Below the pieces are notes generated by a model. The model saw only the letters and a program-made list of their open reading frames with translations. It was not told the DNA's origin and made no database searches. This document shows positions 47,501-57,700 of a stretch of DNA of 64,000 bases, in pieces (the first letter of the stretch is position 1; each line of letters begins with the position of its first letter). The DNA lies in IMG/VR virus record IMGVR_UViG_3300031963_000084; one strand, written 5' to 3'. Source of the DNA: an uncultured virus (IMG/VR IMGVR_UViG_3300031963_000084) (Duplodnaviria > Heunggongvirae > Uroviricota > Caudoviricetes). The position numbers were made by a program, and so were the translations under genes.

Positions 47501-47718
47501 CCAATTTTCACACACTCCGGACTTAGATCGGATTTATTATGAAAAATGTCACCTGCAATTACTAACAATGCATTTAGTGTTTTTGCTTTATCAAGGGCTG
47601 CATAAAACTTTTGAAAAACCGACTTATATTCATCGTGTCTTTGTGTAAGACGAATATGAATATCTGCAATGTGCACTATGCAATTGATTTTTTCATCTGT
47701 ATTTTTTAATACAATCAT
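44533..47718 (-). CDS. Fused SbcD/Mre11 (gp47) nuclease and SbcC/Rad50 (gp46) ATPase
   Basis: 'HIADIH', 'GDIFH', 'GNHD', 'LGDIH'; Walker A 'APNASGKSS', Zn hook 'CTYC', signature 'ASGME', Walker B 'IDEGFG'. Confidence 0.9.
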   Translation of the reverse strand: MIVLKNTDEKINCIVHIADIHIRLTQRHDEYKSVFQKFYAALDKAKTLNALLVIAGDIFHNKSDLSPECVKIGSEFLKNCADRLPTILIAGNHDATLANKSRLDCLTPIVDSLNHSNLYYLKASDVFRYENILFNNFSVFDSPEKYVKLDDVPAKYLVGTDHHIALFHGPVNNAITDIGYTVSNRAITNELFDGHHIAMLGDIHKHQVLQEYDEKENKPVIAYASSMIQQNHGEELRGHGFLMWDLKRKVFKHYELSNDYGFYTVEINKGKLVTDISSIPKKVTLRVICRESIPSQVKEIVSEIKEKCTLVETTYVRGDELSNDLTLKSGQIFDIHNIFNVDYQNKLIEDNLLTKNIDKDIIEKVKELNKSLNKEISKDKTPKNIRWKPKMFEFDNMFSYGEGNIIDFTKLKGTIGLFAPNASGKSSIMDALAFCVFDKFSKGFKASHVLNTQKMSFRCKFNFEVNGVDYFIERDGKSDKKGNVKVEVKFYKIENGNEVPLNGEARRSTNDIIRDYVGTYEDFILTVLSIQNSKAGSFIDLGQTERKDLLCQFMGLTVFDQLYNLANDKFKETNTLLKNVSKEQLLQELQNVSSSIDSNNTSITQYNLEVKDLESKKDDHNNKLLELSNNVIKTSSFDIDITKLESEKKSLESNINRFEKDINDKKTKFSSIETELYSLSSSLKSCENIETDYDQYKIYKDEESKKSSEIDKLKVVVKNKIDKLKKLEEHKYDPNCTYCINNVFVKDAIKTKEELEHDKNKGKLLVEEYNVIKSKLDFFGDIESRYKECQRVNSEKVRLEKSKEILSTAILRDENFKIRLQNDLSNVIHNIENFYKNKDIIENNIKLITEIDVVKSSIKDYESQIKSLNNKLFNISTEKGRLELQYKNTTDQLSKVKELEDSYESYKLYTNVISRDGIPYEIITKTLPEIEKEVNNILQQLVEFTVTMQTDGKNIMTNIVYDDKRWPLEMASGMEKFVSGLAIRVALINISNLPRPNIICIDEGFGCADSDHLGQMGVLFNYLKHQFEFIWIISHLDQMRDMVDTRVEIKKEGGYSKVVCI

Positions 47719-48632
47719 AATTTATTTGTTAACTTATATCGGTACAATAGACTTTCATCCATTCTAACACTGTTACTGATGGTTTGCCAAGTTTTTTTGT
47801 GACCTATTTCATTTGGATCTTTGCCATCCAACAATACCAAGTGTGTTTCTATATTGTTACTTACTAAAAACTCACAGATTTTGATACTTGAAGATAAAGC
47901 ATCGTTATCCAAAAGAACATTTACTCTAGGTGGTTTATTCACCATCAATTTTATTTTTAATTTTCTTGATAGAGTTTTACCAAATAAAGGTACGACGTTG
48001 TATTTAACCGACAAAGCATCAAACGGTCCTTCTACGATTGTGAGAGGTTGATTAAAGTCTGTAAATAATTCAAAGCCAATTATATCTTTACTACCATCAC
48101 ACAGTCTGTATTTGAGTTTGCCGCCACAAAAATCTCTACCACAATAAAAGTTTAACTTTCCGTCTTTGTCATATGATGGAATAATTACCCTATTAGCAAA
48201 ATTGCCTTCGGAACAGTATCCAATGTTGTATCTAACAATTTCATGAATTGTAAGATTACGTTGTAAACAATAGTTTAAAGCGTGTTTATAAGCAAAGTCT
48301 TTATTGGGTTTACACAAAGGTTTAAATTCTTCAGGTAAAACGAGATCTTTTTTATCTTCTTCAATTGTATAAGTTATCTTAACTTTGTCCTTACACAATA
48401 CCTTATAAAATTCAGCAGGCGCTTTTACTTTCTTCAACAAAGACGTAAAACTTTTACCACTAAAGCCACATACCCAACACTGATAATAACCGGTTGTGGT
48501 GTTGATATTTAATTTTCTTTTGTGATGTTTACAATTCGGACAAAAAACTAATATTTCATCTCCACCTTTTTGTATATGAGGCTTTTGCTTAAACAGTTTT
48601 GAAAGCGTTTCTATAACAGAACCATTAGTCAT
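47715..48632 (-). CDS. DNA primase (Zn ribbon + TOPRIM)
   Basis: 'CPNC...CWVC', 'RVIIPS', 'VEGPFD', 'LLDNDA', 'KDPNE'. Confidence 0.88.
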   Translation of the reverse strand: MTNGSVIETLSKLFKQKPHIQKGGDEILVFCPNCKHHKRKLNINTTTGYYQCWVCGFSGKSFTSLLKKVKAPAEFYKVLCKDKVKITYTIEEDKKDLVLPEEFKPLCKPNKDFAYKHALNYCLQRNLTIHEIVRYNIGYCSEGNFANRVIIPSYDKDGKLNFYCGRDFCGGKLKYRLCDGSKDIIGFELFTDFNQPLTIVEGPFDALSVKYNVVPLFGKTLSRKLKIKLMVNKPPRVNVLLDNDALSSSIKICEFLVSNNIETHLVLLDGKDPNEIGHKKTWQTISNSVRMDESLLYRYKLTNKL

Positions 48633-48639
48633 TTACTAT

Positions 48640-48668
48640 AGTATATCAAAACATTTAAATTTAATCAA
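48640..48668 (-). promoter_or_regulatory. Sigma70-like promoter upstream of the primase gene
   Basis: TTGATT-N17-TATACT with extended -10 TG; 7 nt to the ATG. Confidence 0.6.
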
Positions 48669-48673
48669 GCACT

Positions 48674-49183
48674 TTAATTTTTATATAAGCCGGCTACGAT
48701 AGCGTCATACATATCACAGTTGCGTTCATCCCAATTACCTTTTTTATTCTTAACCGTAAAGTTAACAACGTCTGGTATCAACGATTCCAACTCTTGCTTA
48801 ACAAAGTCTTTGGACTTTATTCCTTTGATTCTACATTTACCAAATATTTGCTTACGCATTGTATTTACGCTCAATAGGTTTACTTTCTTTTTAAAGTGTT
48901 CTTCTATTATGTATGCAAAGACCGCGTTGTGTCTTGCGAGTGTAATAATCGTTTGTTGACTAGTAAAACCGCCGGCGAACCCGCTTAGAGCAGCTTCCAA
49001 GTTAATTTGTTCAAATAATTTACAATATTTGTTTGATTCCAACTCTGAAATTACATGAAATGTTTTTTCTTTAGTCGTATCAAATTTTTTTGTGTCAATA
49101 AAGCCAGCATCCAGTATCTTTCCGTTTTCACTGAAAGCCCAACCTGTTACTGATGTCGATGAATCTAATCCTAATATAACCAT
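48674..49183 (-). CDS. RuvC-like Holliday junction resolvase
   Basis: 'ILGLDSSTSVTGWA', conserved Glu in 'INLEAA', 'DMYDAI'. Confidence 0.8.
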   Translation of the reverse strand: MVILGLDSSTSVTGWAFSENGKILDAGFIDTKKFDTTKEKTFHVISELESNKYCKLFEQINLEAALSGFAGGFTSQQTIITLARHNAVFAYIIEEHFKKKVNLLSVNTMRKQIFGKCRIKGIKSKDFVKQELESLIPDVVNFTVKNKKGNWDERNCDMYDAIVAGLYKN

Positions 49184-49195
49184 TTAGAATATATA

Positions 49196-49519
49196 TTAAC
49201 GACCAAAAGATCCGTTAGTATATTTCTTATTATTAAAACCTTTTAAATATATTGACTGTTGTAATGATCGTTGACCATCAACAGCGTCTTTAAACTCGGT
49301 TTGTTGTGTACCTTGTTTAATTTTAAAACCCTTGGTTACAGTATAGTTTGTATCAAAAGTACTACCGCCTAACGAAATTTCATTGGACCCAACTGTCTTA
49401 ACGTTTTTTTGTACTGGCTGATATGCGCCGCCTGCGGATTGACCACTAATGTATCTGTCGGATAGACTTTGATTTAATGATTCACGATTAATTTTTTTAC
49501 TATCAGGTGAGGTTGCCAT
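49196..49519 (-). CDS. Hypothetical protein (107 aa)
   Basis: ORF with an upstream TATTTATT motif. Confidence 0.6.
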   Translation of the reverse strand: MATSPDSKKINRESLNQSLSDRYISGQSAGGAYQPVQKNVKTVGSNEISLGGSTFDTNYTVTKGFKIKQGTQQTEFKDAVDGQRSLQQSIYLKGFNNKKYTNGSFGR

Positions 49520-49550
49520 ATTTTTATTGTGTTATATATAATAAATATAA

Positions 49551-52205
49551 TTAAGTATCCCATTTAACAACAATATTAATTGGAATTTCACTTGTATTTT
49601 TAATTGGTTGAGCTAATTTAGCAACCGCGACCAATTCTCCTTGATCGCTGTATAAACCAACCGTTGTAATATATGGGGCTAGATATGAACCTGTTATATC
49701 AATTGAAGAACTATAATTAAAATTAAAAAATTCTTGTTTAATTAGTTTTGTATTAAATTTTCCCGTTTTTTCATTTAAAAATCCAACAATATTATCATAA
49801 TTTGTACGTTTTGCTCGTGGATTTAAATAATTCTGATAATTATTTATTGTCAAATCATTTATAAAATATTTCCATAATATTTCTGCGTCTTGATTATTTG
49901 TAACACCATCGTTGTTAATATCTAAATCGACGTCACAGAACTTATCTTTTATTGTTTGTGTTAGACGATTATCGTCGTAATTCGTAAATGAAGATGTGTA
50001 ATAATTAAACACGGATTCATCTACATCACCGCTCACAAAATTTAACCACCATTTCTCCGAAGAATTATTTGTAATTCTATAATTTAGATATCTCATTATA
50101 ATATCAAGATTATTAAAATCAAACACGTTTTTATTCAGTATATCATATTCAAAGTATGAAGATGTTATTGCAGATGGATTTGTTGAAACGTTAAATTCGC
50201 CGGGTTCAATTGTACATATATACTGTTTTTCATGTAGAGACATTTGACTTTGATAATCCATATACAAATATGAATTGTTAAAATCGGTGGGATCAAGTGT
50301 CAAATTCTTTAATATACTACCTGTATTATTAATAACAATTTTATTATTATTGTAAAACACATTACCAACGTGATGATTTTTTTGTAAATCTTTCATGTCA
50401 TAGATGTAAGACATGCCGAATATTTGACTTGATACGTATTGAGTATCTCCGTCTTCGTTAACAAATATAATCAGATTGTCACATACACCACCAATAGCGC
50501 CACTAATAGCGCCACTAATAGGACCGCCAAAATCACAACTAATACATTCTTCGAGTTGATTTAAAACAAAACTAGAAGTTATATAACAGTCTTCACTTTG
50601 ATAAGACGATGTTAATTTATAAAGTGGTTGAGAAGCGCTGCCTGATTCGGTTATTATCAAACTTTGTAGATGAAAATCGTCGTTAAGTGGTATGGGAGCT
50701 CCTATAACTAAATTGTCGTCTGACACAGATACAGAATATCCGAATGCATTGTACGGTTTGCCTAATTCTTTTCGCTTTGAAATAGGAGTTGTAGTCAGTT
50801 GTACTACGTTGGAATTAGTTACATAATATAATAAAGTTTGGCCACAATACGTAGATTCTCCGAAATCGGTTTGATCGAATGTATTATCATAAAAATCTAT
50901 GGAACTTGAAATAAAAATAGAACTAAATGGAAAATATGGTTTTGGCGATCCGATCAAAACTTTATTATTATGTGTGGATACTGAAAATCCAAATAAATTA
51001 TCTTTAAATGTGGATGAGTCTCCGTATACTTTCGTTAACAACGTATAGTTTACTAATAAATTACCACTTATTTCCGAATTGTTACAAATATCATCGGTAT
51101 ACAAATAAACGGATCCACGTTGTCTTAATACATTTGATCCAGAATATTCCCAATAAATCAAATCATTTGGTGCACCTACGGCTAGTAAATTTTTGTGTAT
51201 TGATACCGAATATCCATATCTAGAATTTATCTGACTGCCACTCGCAACAAAATCAAAGTTTGCGTCGTTTAATTTATAATAGTTAGAACTCGTATTTTGA
51301 CTTAACGTTTGTTTTAGTTGCCAACCATTTGAAGATGATATAAATATATAAACGTTTGATTGTGAAAGTTGATTACTACCTACTACCAGTGTAGTTTCTG
51401 TAGCTTTATCTAAGCATATAGAACTGCCGAAATTATATTGTAATGGATATGTAGTTAAACTACACGACACCGTAGATTGCAGTTGATATATACATTCTGA
51501 GTCTACATATTTGTATATATAAACACAGCCTCTTCCTGAATTGTAATTAGGTGCACCAACCGCTAGATAATTATTAGTAATACTTACGGTTTTACCGAAA
51601 TGTTCGGATATAGATCCAGTTATTACACAAACCGGACTATTGTCTAACTGACTATTTGATTCCGAGTCACAATCATTAAACGAAGACATTATGCCGTTAG
51701 ATGTGTCGTATGTATAATTAGAATTAATTACATAAATATCTACGGAAGCAAACGAAGATGTATAACCTGTATAAAAACTAGCTGTTACACCTGTATCTCC
51801 TATCGCTAAGAAATAATCACACATGTCAATTGAAGATCCGTAATTTGACTGATATGTGTGTATATTATCATCTTCAATTACTAAATAACTACATGATGTG
51901 GATGTATCGTTGTAGTAACCGTCATCTTTTGTAAACGATGCTGTAAATGATGTACTACTACTCTGTTCAGTATAATATGTAGGTAAATAACCATTTTCAG
52001 TAGAAAACTTTTTTGTATACGTTTTGATAACAGGATATTTTGAATTAAACCGATCATTTTTAATTAAAAATACTTGACCTATTCTTGAAAATCCCTCACA
52101 TTGTGAGTATTTTTTCCACGGTGGATTGCCTATAGCAATAAAATCACCGTTGGTTACTACGGTTGAACCATAATTTTCATTATAAATTGTGTCTAAATTC
52201 GCCAT
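49551..52205 (-). CDS. FG-GAP beta-propeller baseplate/tail protein with an EF-hand/dockerin-like loop
   Basis: About 7 'FG.SVS....L.VGAP'-type blades; 'DLDINNDGVTNNQD'; C-terminal 'PYITTVGLY...LVAVAKLAQP'. Confidence 0.75.
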   Translation of the reverse strand: MANLDTIYNENYGSTVVTNGDFIAIGNPPWKKYSQCEGFSRIGQVFLIKNDRFNSKYPVIKTYTKKFSTENGYLPTYYTEQSSSTSFTASFTKDDGYYNDTSTSCSYLVIEDDNIHTYQSNYGSSIDMCDYFLAIGDTGVTASFYTGYTSSFASVDIYVINSNYTYDTSNGIMSSFNDCDSESNSQLDNSPVCVITGSISEHFGKTVSITNNYLAVGAPNYNSGRGCVYIYKYVDSECIYQLQSTVSCSLTTYPLQYNFGSSICLDKATETTLVVGSNQLSQSNVYIFISSSNGWQLKQTLSQNTSSNYYKLNDANFDFVASGSQINSRYGYSVSIHKNLLAVGAPNDLIYWEYSGSNVLRQRGSVYLYTDDICNNSEISGNLLVNYTLLTKVYGDSSTFKDNLFGFSVSTHNNKVLIGSPKPYFPFSSIFISSSIDFYDNTFDQTDFGESTYCGQTLLYYVTNSNVVQLTTTPISKRKELGKPYNAFGYSVSVSDDNLVIGAPIPLNDDFHLQSLIITESGSASQPLYKLTSSYQSEDCYITSSFVLNQLEECISCDFGGPISGAISGAIGGVCDNLIIFVNEDGDTQYVSSQIFGMSYIYDMKDLQKNHHVGNVFYNNNKIVINNTGSILKNLTLDPTDFNNSYLYMDYQSQMSLHEKQYICTIEPGEFNVSTNPSAITSSYFEYDILNKNVFDFNNLDIIMRYLNYRITNNSSEKWWLNFVSGDVDESVFNYYTSSFTNYDDNRLTQTIKDKFCDVDLDINNDGVTNNQDAEILWKYFINDLTINNYQNYLNPRAKRTNYDNIVGFLNEKTGKFNTKLIKQEFFNFNYSSSIDITGSYLAPYITTVGLYSDQGELVAVAKLAQPIKNTSEIPINIVVKWDT

Positions 52206-52226
52206 TAACTATAAATATAATTGTAA

Positions 52227-52961
52227 CTAGTTATTGTTTATCAAATATCTTCCCAAACCACTTTCACCGGTGTTAGTCACAGTATCGGTTGTATTTGAAT
52301 ATATATTATAGTTATTAACAAAATACGAACCTGACAAATATAAATTATTTAAACCGTCATCTTTAATATCGGCAACTATATCTCCTGTTTGATTATTAAT
52401 AACAACACTTTTTTGTCTAATTCTATCTCCACTTTGTGTAACATTTAAAGTATAACTTATAAACTTATCGTCAAGTTGCAACTTAGTGTTGGAATTATTA
52501 AATCCATCAAAGCCGAATATCTGATAAGAATTATTGTAAGTATTATAATACATATTTTTTATAGTATTATATACTTGTACTTGGTATGTACCGTCGGAAT
52601 TTATAGGATTATTTACCGAATTATATTCTGGCGTGCCAATTGGATAAAAAACTGAATCGGCAGACTGTTTGAATCCAAACTGCATATTTGGATTATTTTC
52701 GTTTAAATTGGGAGAACACGCTAAATATCCGTTAGTATTAATAGTGGAACCATCACACGATGAACTCGCCACGGTAACAAATGAACCGGTGGCTAAAGTG
52801 TTAAAATTATAAACACACTGTTCAACCGGTATTATTAACGGAAAATCATATGTGCCATCGCTTGCTAATAACAAATCGGAAAATAAGGTATTAGCTATTT
52901 TATTTTTAGCAATCGCAAATGTAGTTACCTGAATATCTTGATTTTTTAAAAATTTAACCAT
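52227..52961 (-). CDS. Hypothetical baseplate-module protein
   Basis: 244 aa, structural-type composition, TATTTATA upstream. Confidence 0.6.
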   Translation of the reverse strand: MVKFLKNQDIQVTTFAIAKNKIANTLFSDLLLASDGTYDFPLIIPVEQCVYNFNTLATGSFVTVASSSCDGSTINTNGYLACSPNLNENNPNMQFGFKQSADSVFYPIGTPEYNSVNNPINSDGTYQVQVYNTIKNMYYNTYNNSYQIFGFDGFNNSNTKLQLDDKFISYTLNVTQSGDRIRQKSVVINNQTGDIVADIKDDGLNNLYLSGSYFVNNYNIYSNTTDTVTNTGESGLGRYLINNN

Positions 52962-52993
52962 CCTAATATAAATAGGAAAAATTAAAAATTATA

Positions 52994-54103
52994 TTAAAAA
53001 TCTATACGACACTTGATTAACAATTCATTATCAAATGATTTTTGCGTTGGCTTACTTAATTTACCAACTGCTAATAATTCATTGTTAGAATCGTACAATC
53101 CGATTGTAGTAACATAGGTACGTGGATTACTTATTAATTCGGGATAAATTATAGTACCTTGAGTTTTACCATCATTTCCGTTAGAAACAAATGTAGGATT
53201 GTTGCTGTAGTTAAACTCTTTATTTTTAACTCTTATAAAATAGTTCGTTGATGGTACAAATTCACTTTTACGTACTGCCATATTCTTATTTGATCTACGT
53301 AAACTTAAGAAAAACTTACGTATCCAATCTCTCCAATAACTCTTAAATTGTGTTGACGTTTGATTACTAGGACGCCCAGTTGCTGTAATTTGTGGAGATG
53401 CATCTGTAATGCCTACAATTTTATCTAGAGCAACGGCATTCAATATAACAACGCCGTTCGTTGGATAAAATAGACCTGTACCCTGATAATATGCTGTTAC
53501 CGTACCTCCATGTGTATATGGAGTCGGAATTCCATTAATAATTGATCCCGAAATTAAGTTATAAACGTTTTGTTGTTTATTTATAACTTGAGAGTCGTCA
53601 ATATAACTATATTGACCATTTGCACCACTAAAGTTTAATTGAATTTGACCAGGATCTACTTGATCTTGGAATTTATCGGCTGTAAAATTTACTACAAAGA
53701 TAGCAGAACTATCAATTGGTGTATTTATACTACTAGACGCAAAACTAAATAAATTATCTCCTGGTTGTAGAAGAGTGTTTTTGTATTGTGTGTATATAAT
53801 TTTTGTTTCATTTGTCAAGACTTGAGTAGTATTGCCGGTCCAGTCAAATTGACTGCTTCCTGAGTTATAATAATCTCCGTAAGCTATAGAAAAATATTGA
53901 TCGGCGCCGCTATATACATCCAAATAATACTGTCCGTTTTTAACGTCATATGGATTTGATCCAGTCAATACGTTTGCTTGAGATGATGCTGTTACAAATG
54001 TTGATTGTGCCACCGTTAAACTGCCGGTACCAAACATACCCGAGGATACTTGGTTTATTCTGCCTGTTACGATATCGTCTGATGAAAATGGAGTAAATAT
54101 CAT
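52994..54103 (-). CDS. Baseplate/tail-collar-like structural protein
   Basis: C-terminal 'EFNYSNNP...TYVTTIGLYD...LLAVGKLSKP', paralogous to the C-terminus of 49551-52205. Confidence 0.6.
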   Translation of the reverse strand: MIFTPFSSDDIVTGRINQVSSGMFGTGSLTVAQSTFVTASSQANVLTGSNPYDVKNGQYYLDVYSGADQYFSIAYGDYYNSGSSQFDWTGNTTQVLTNETKIIYTQYKNTLLQPGDNLFSFASSSINTPIDSSAIFVVNFTADKFQDQVDPGQIQLNFSGANGQYSYIDDSQVINKQQNVYNLISGSIINGIPTPYTHGGTVTAYYQGTGLFYPTNGVVILNAVALDKIVGITDASPQITATGRPSNQTSTQFKSYWRDWIRKFFLSLRRSNKNMAVRKSEFVPSTNYFIRVKNKEFNYSNNPTFVSNGNDGKTQGTIIYPELISNPRTYVTTIGLYDSNNELLAVGKLSKPTQKSFDNELLIKCRIDF

Positions 54104-54109
54104 AATAAA

Positions 54110-54748
54110 TTAGGTTGTAGGAACGCTTACAGTAACGGTTATAGATGCACTACCGCCACTTTCATTTCCAATAATTGTAATATTTGTTGTTGTTGTTGTT
54201 GATAAAGAATTGTTTGGTATAAAACGAAACTTATTTCCTATAACAACTTGTGACGATTGTGAAGACAAATCGCCACTAAATGTTGGAATAGTAGATGTAC
54301 TACTATTTAAATTGTTAGTTTCGGTTACAACTAAAGTACCAACGTTCTTATTTGCTAAAATAGCGGTATATCCTAAGTTTACGTTATATGTAGGTGTAGT
54401 ACTTGGAATTACATCTATCGCCGACGTATATGTACGAGGTATTGAAATTGTTGGTGGTGCTATAGTAATTGTAGGAACGGATGTAACGCCGTTATTTAAT
54501 GTCACTAGTTTATACTTCAACATTTGTGACTCATCCGTAATAGGTTCCATTATAGGAGTATTACGAATGGCAATGTCATAATAAGCACTGCCTAGTGGAT
54601 GTGTTGGATTAAATTGTGTATAATCAATTTCATCGTCAGACAAAGCAAAAGCGGTAATATTTAATCCACCTGTCTTTGCCAACACTTCACGACCTTTTTT
54701 AGTTAAAATAGCGTTAACGGTGAGAACGTTGTTATTTAGATATGCCAT
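54110..54748 (-). CDS. Baseplate/tail-collar-like structural protein
   Basis: 'AILTKKGREVLA...ITAFALSDDEIDY'. Confidence 0.6.
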   Translation of the reverse strand: MAYLNNNVLTVNAILTKKGREVLAKTGGLNITAFALSDDEIDYTQFNPTHPLGSAYYDIAIRNTPIMEPITDESQMLKYKLVTLNNGVTSVPTITIAPPTISIPRTYTSAIDVIPSTTPTYNVNLGYTAILANKNVGTLVVTETNNLNSSTSTIPTFSGDLSSQSSQVVIGNKFRFIPNNSLSTTTTTNITIIGNESGGSASITVTVSVPTT

Positions 54749-54797
54749 ATATATTTAATAATTATCAATCGTTTTGAGTTTTTAATAAAAAAATGTA

Positions 54798-57700
54798 TTA
54801 TAAATTCATAATGTAATTATTCAAACTAGCGCTCGTACACGTAGAACACGTTAACGGCGACTGTATAAATATACTATTTGGCGATCCTGCCGATCCGGTG
54901 AGTGTTCCATATATTGGAAAATTATCACTTTCAATATCAACGCTTAAAAATCCAGGTATTGAAATAATAGGAGAACTTCCGTTAGGCAATCCTTTACGAT
55001 TTACAGTTGTAGTATAATCATTTTTACCTTTTGTATAAGAATAGTATTTTATTTTTCCAGCTACTAAAGTAGTTACGCCGTTATTATTTGTATAAAAAGA
55101 GCCAGACAAAGCTTGTTTTTTGACCCTCGTACCAACTTTTACAAACTTACTCAAATGTCTATTTGAATATCCACTCCCCAAAGATCCACTATAAAGATTT
55201 TTTAATGAACGACTGCCTGTGATTTGATTAAACGGTAAACCAGAACCAGATCCTAGAGTTTGTACTGAATTATAACTAGAAGTGAATGTAATATATGAGT
55301 GTGAAACATTATTGGTCATTTGATAATGATCTTCAGTGGGCAAATTAACAACATTTCTAATGTTAAATCCAGTTGTATCTACATAAACATACTTTCCTTT
55401 GTTAGCAAAAATAAAATCACGATTATCGACGATGTCTTTTATTTCAAACGTTGAATAATTAAAGGTATTGTGGTCAGTTTGAAGATAATTTAGATTAATA
55501 TCAATTGTGGTATTACTTGATGTATCATTTGTGTTTATTAATGACGACGTAAATCTAGTATTTATATTGTAATATAATAAACTACTTGTATCGTTTGAAT
55601 CAATTGTATTAAATACAACGTCTTTGTAATTAAATTTAACACGTTCGAAAATTGATGGTTCTAATAATAGACCTGTTTTTAACGCACTGCGTGTAGGATT
55701 TATTTTTTTAACAAAGTCAAATATTGAAAAATCAATATAAAATTTATAAGTTGTATAAAACTCTTGTGGATATACATACTTTTGATTTGTTTGTGAAAAT
55801 TCAAGTTGTCTGTTCTTTAATTCTGGATAACTTCTAGAAGTTAAATATTTAGGATCGCCGATAATATCACTTATACCTTCTTTGCCCAAAAAGTCTTCAA
55901 TTTTATTGTTTAAATAGTTATATGGAGAGATATAATATCCTACGAGATTTGAATCGCTACCTAATATATCGGTTGTATATGTAGAATATTCGTATGGTAC
56001 TAAATTTGAATTGATTTCTTGTGTTATTTTATTAATATTAGCATTTGCTTTATAATTAGGGCCGTATTTATTTGAATTTATTGCTTGTTTAATATTAAAT
56101 TTTTCAAACTGATAAGGAAAAATATCAGTTGAGATTGTATCACAATGTGGATATCCTCTAGTTTTTGTATTTCTGTTAAAATTATAAGCGTAAAAATAGT
56201 TGTTGTAACGTGTATTTTGATTGTTAACAATTGCATAACTTGTACCGTACAAATTTACAGGTGTATCAAACGACCATAAATAATATAAATTTTCATATGT
56301 CTGAGATTTATCCGGTATAGAAATAGAATTTAAGTTATAAGAATGTTCATTAAAATCGGAATCGTTCAACGCATATTTTTGTATTTTTATTTTATCTATA
56401 TTTCCATAAAATTGAATGGATGATGAATAATTTCCTACATAATAGCTTCCTGATGAAAAATATTGATCTTGTCCATATAAAATGCTCTTGGTTTTTCTAT
56501 CGGTAAAGTTTAAAGAACTACCATAATACTGATTTACCGCCAATGTATAATTTTGTGGCGTAAATTTGTTTGAATTTGGATAATATACATTGTTAATTGA
56601 TTGAGTAACATTATAATTTCCATAAAAACCTATAACTTGTGTATTTGAAGATGTTGATTGAAGAGAATCAAATCGTATATTACTATTTGGTTCTTTTCTT
56701 AACATAAACGTATAAAAGTCGCCATTCAAATAAGGTAATTCTATACTTGATATACTGGATGTAGTTAATGATTCAATAGGAGTAAACTCAAATATTAATT
56801 TGGCAGATTCTTTTTGTTTAGTTTTACTTAAATAAATTTGCCAATCTACATTTTTATTTCTTATTTTTTTAATTAAAGGAATTCTTTGTTGAAAATTATA
56901 TTTTTTCCAATTATTGGACCTAAAAGACATTTCTACGGTGGAAACTCCTGTAAAATTTTCTATAAAAGAACGGGTTATATAAATATTATCGCCTGTATAA
57001 CTTCCTGTGTAACTGCCACTAATACTGTCTTGTTTAAAATTGTAAGTATACTCACTACTTGTAAAATTAAATTTTACATATTGATCTGTGTCGTATTTTG
57101 TAGCGTATATAACGTCATCAAAATCATAAAATACATTTTTATTAGCTAATACATCAGGACTACTATATTCCGTTACATTAATTAAATCTGAATTTATACC
57201 GAATATAGTACGTATTAAATTAAAAGAAGTGGCTGTACCTTTGGTTTTGTAAATGTAATTTAAATTATTAGCAATTCTATTAAATATAGATTTTGCATAG
57301 TCAAAGTATGATGACGATAAACTACCAGTTGTTTCTTGATTATTAAATAAAAGTTGATTTATATCACTGGTATTAAATTTAAAATTTGTTACGTCCCAAT
57401 TAAACGAATTTAACAGTTCTTCAATATAATTTTTTGGATAATGATTATTATCGTTGTAATCAAGAGGATATGATTTTGGAAATTTTTTAATAAAAACCAA
57501 TATATTATCAAAAAAATGACCTACCATCGCAGTAAACTTAACATAATCTTCATATGATTGTTGATTTTTTATGTATTGTGGAAGTTGATAAAATAAACTG
57601 TTATAATTAACTTTATCAAATTCTATACCCAAATCAATTTTATCGTCTATACTTCCTGTATAATAAAACAAATATGATTCATAGTCATCAAAACTATTTA

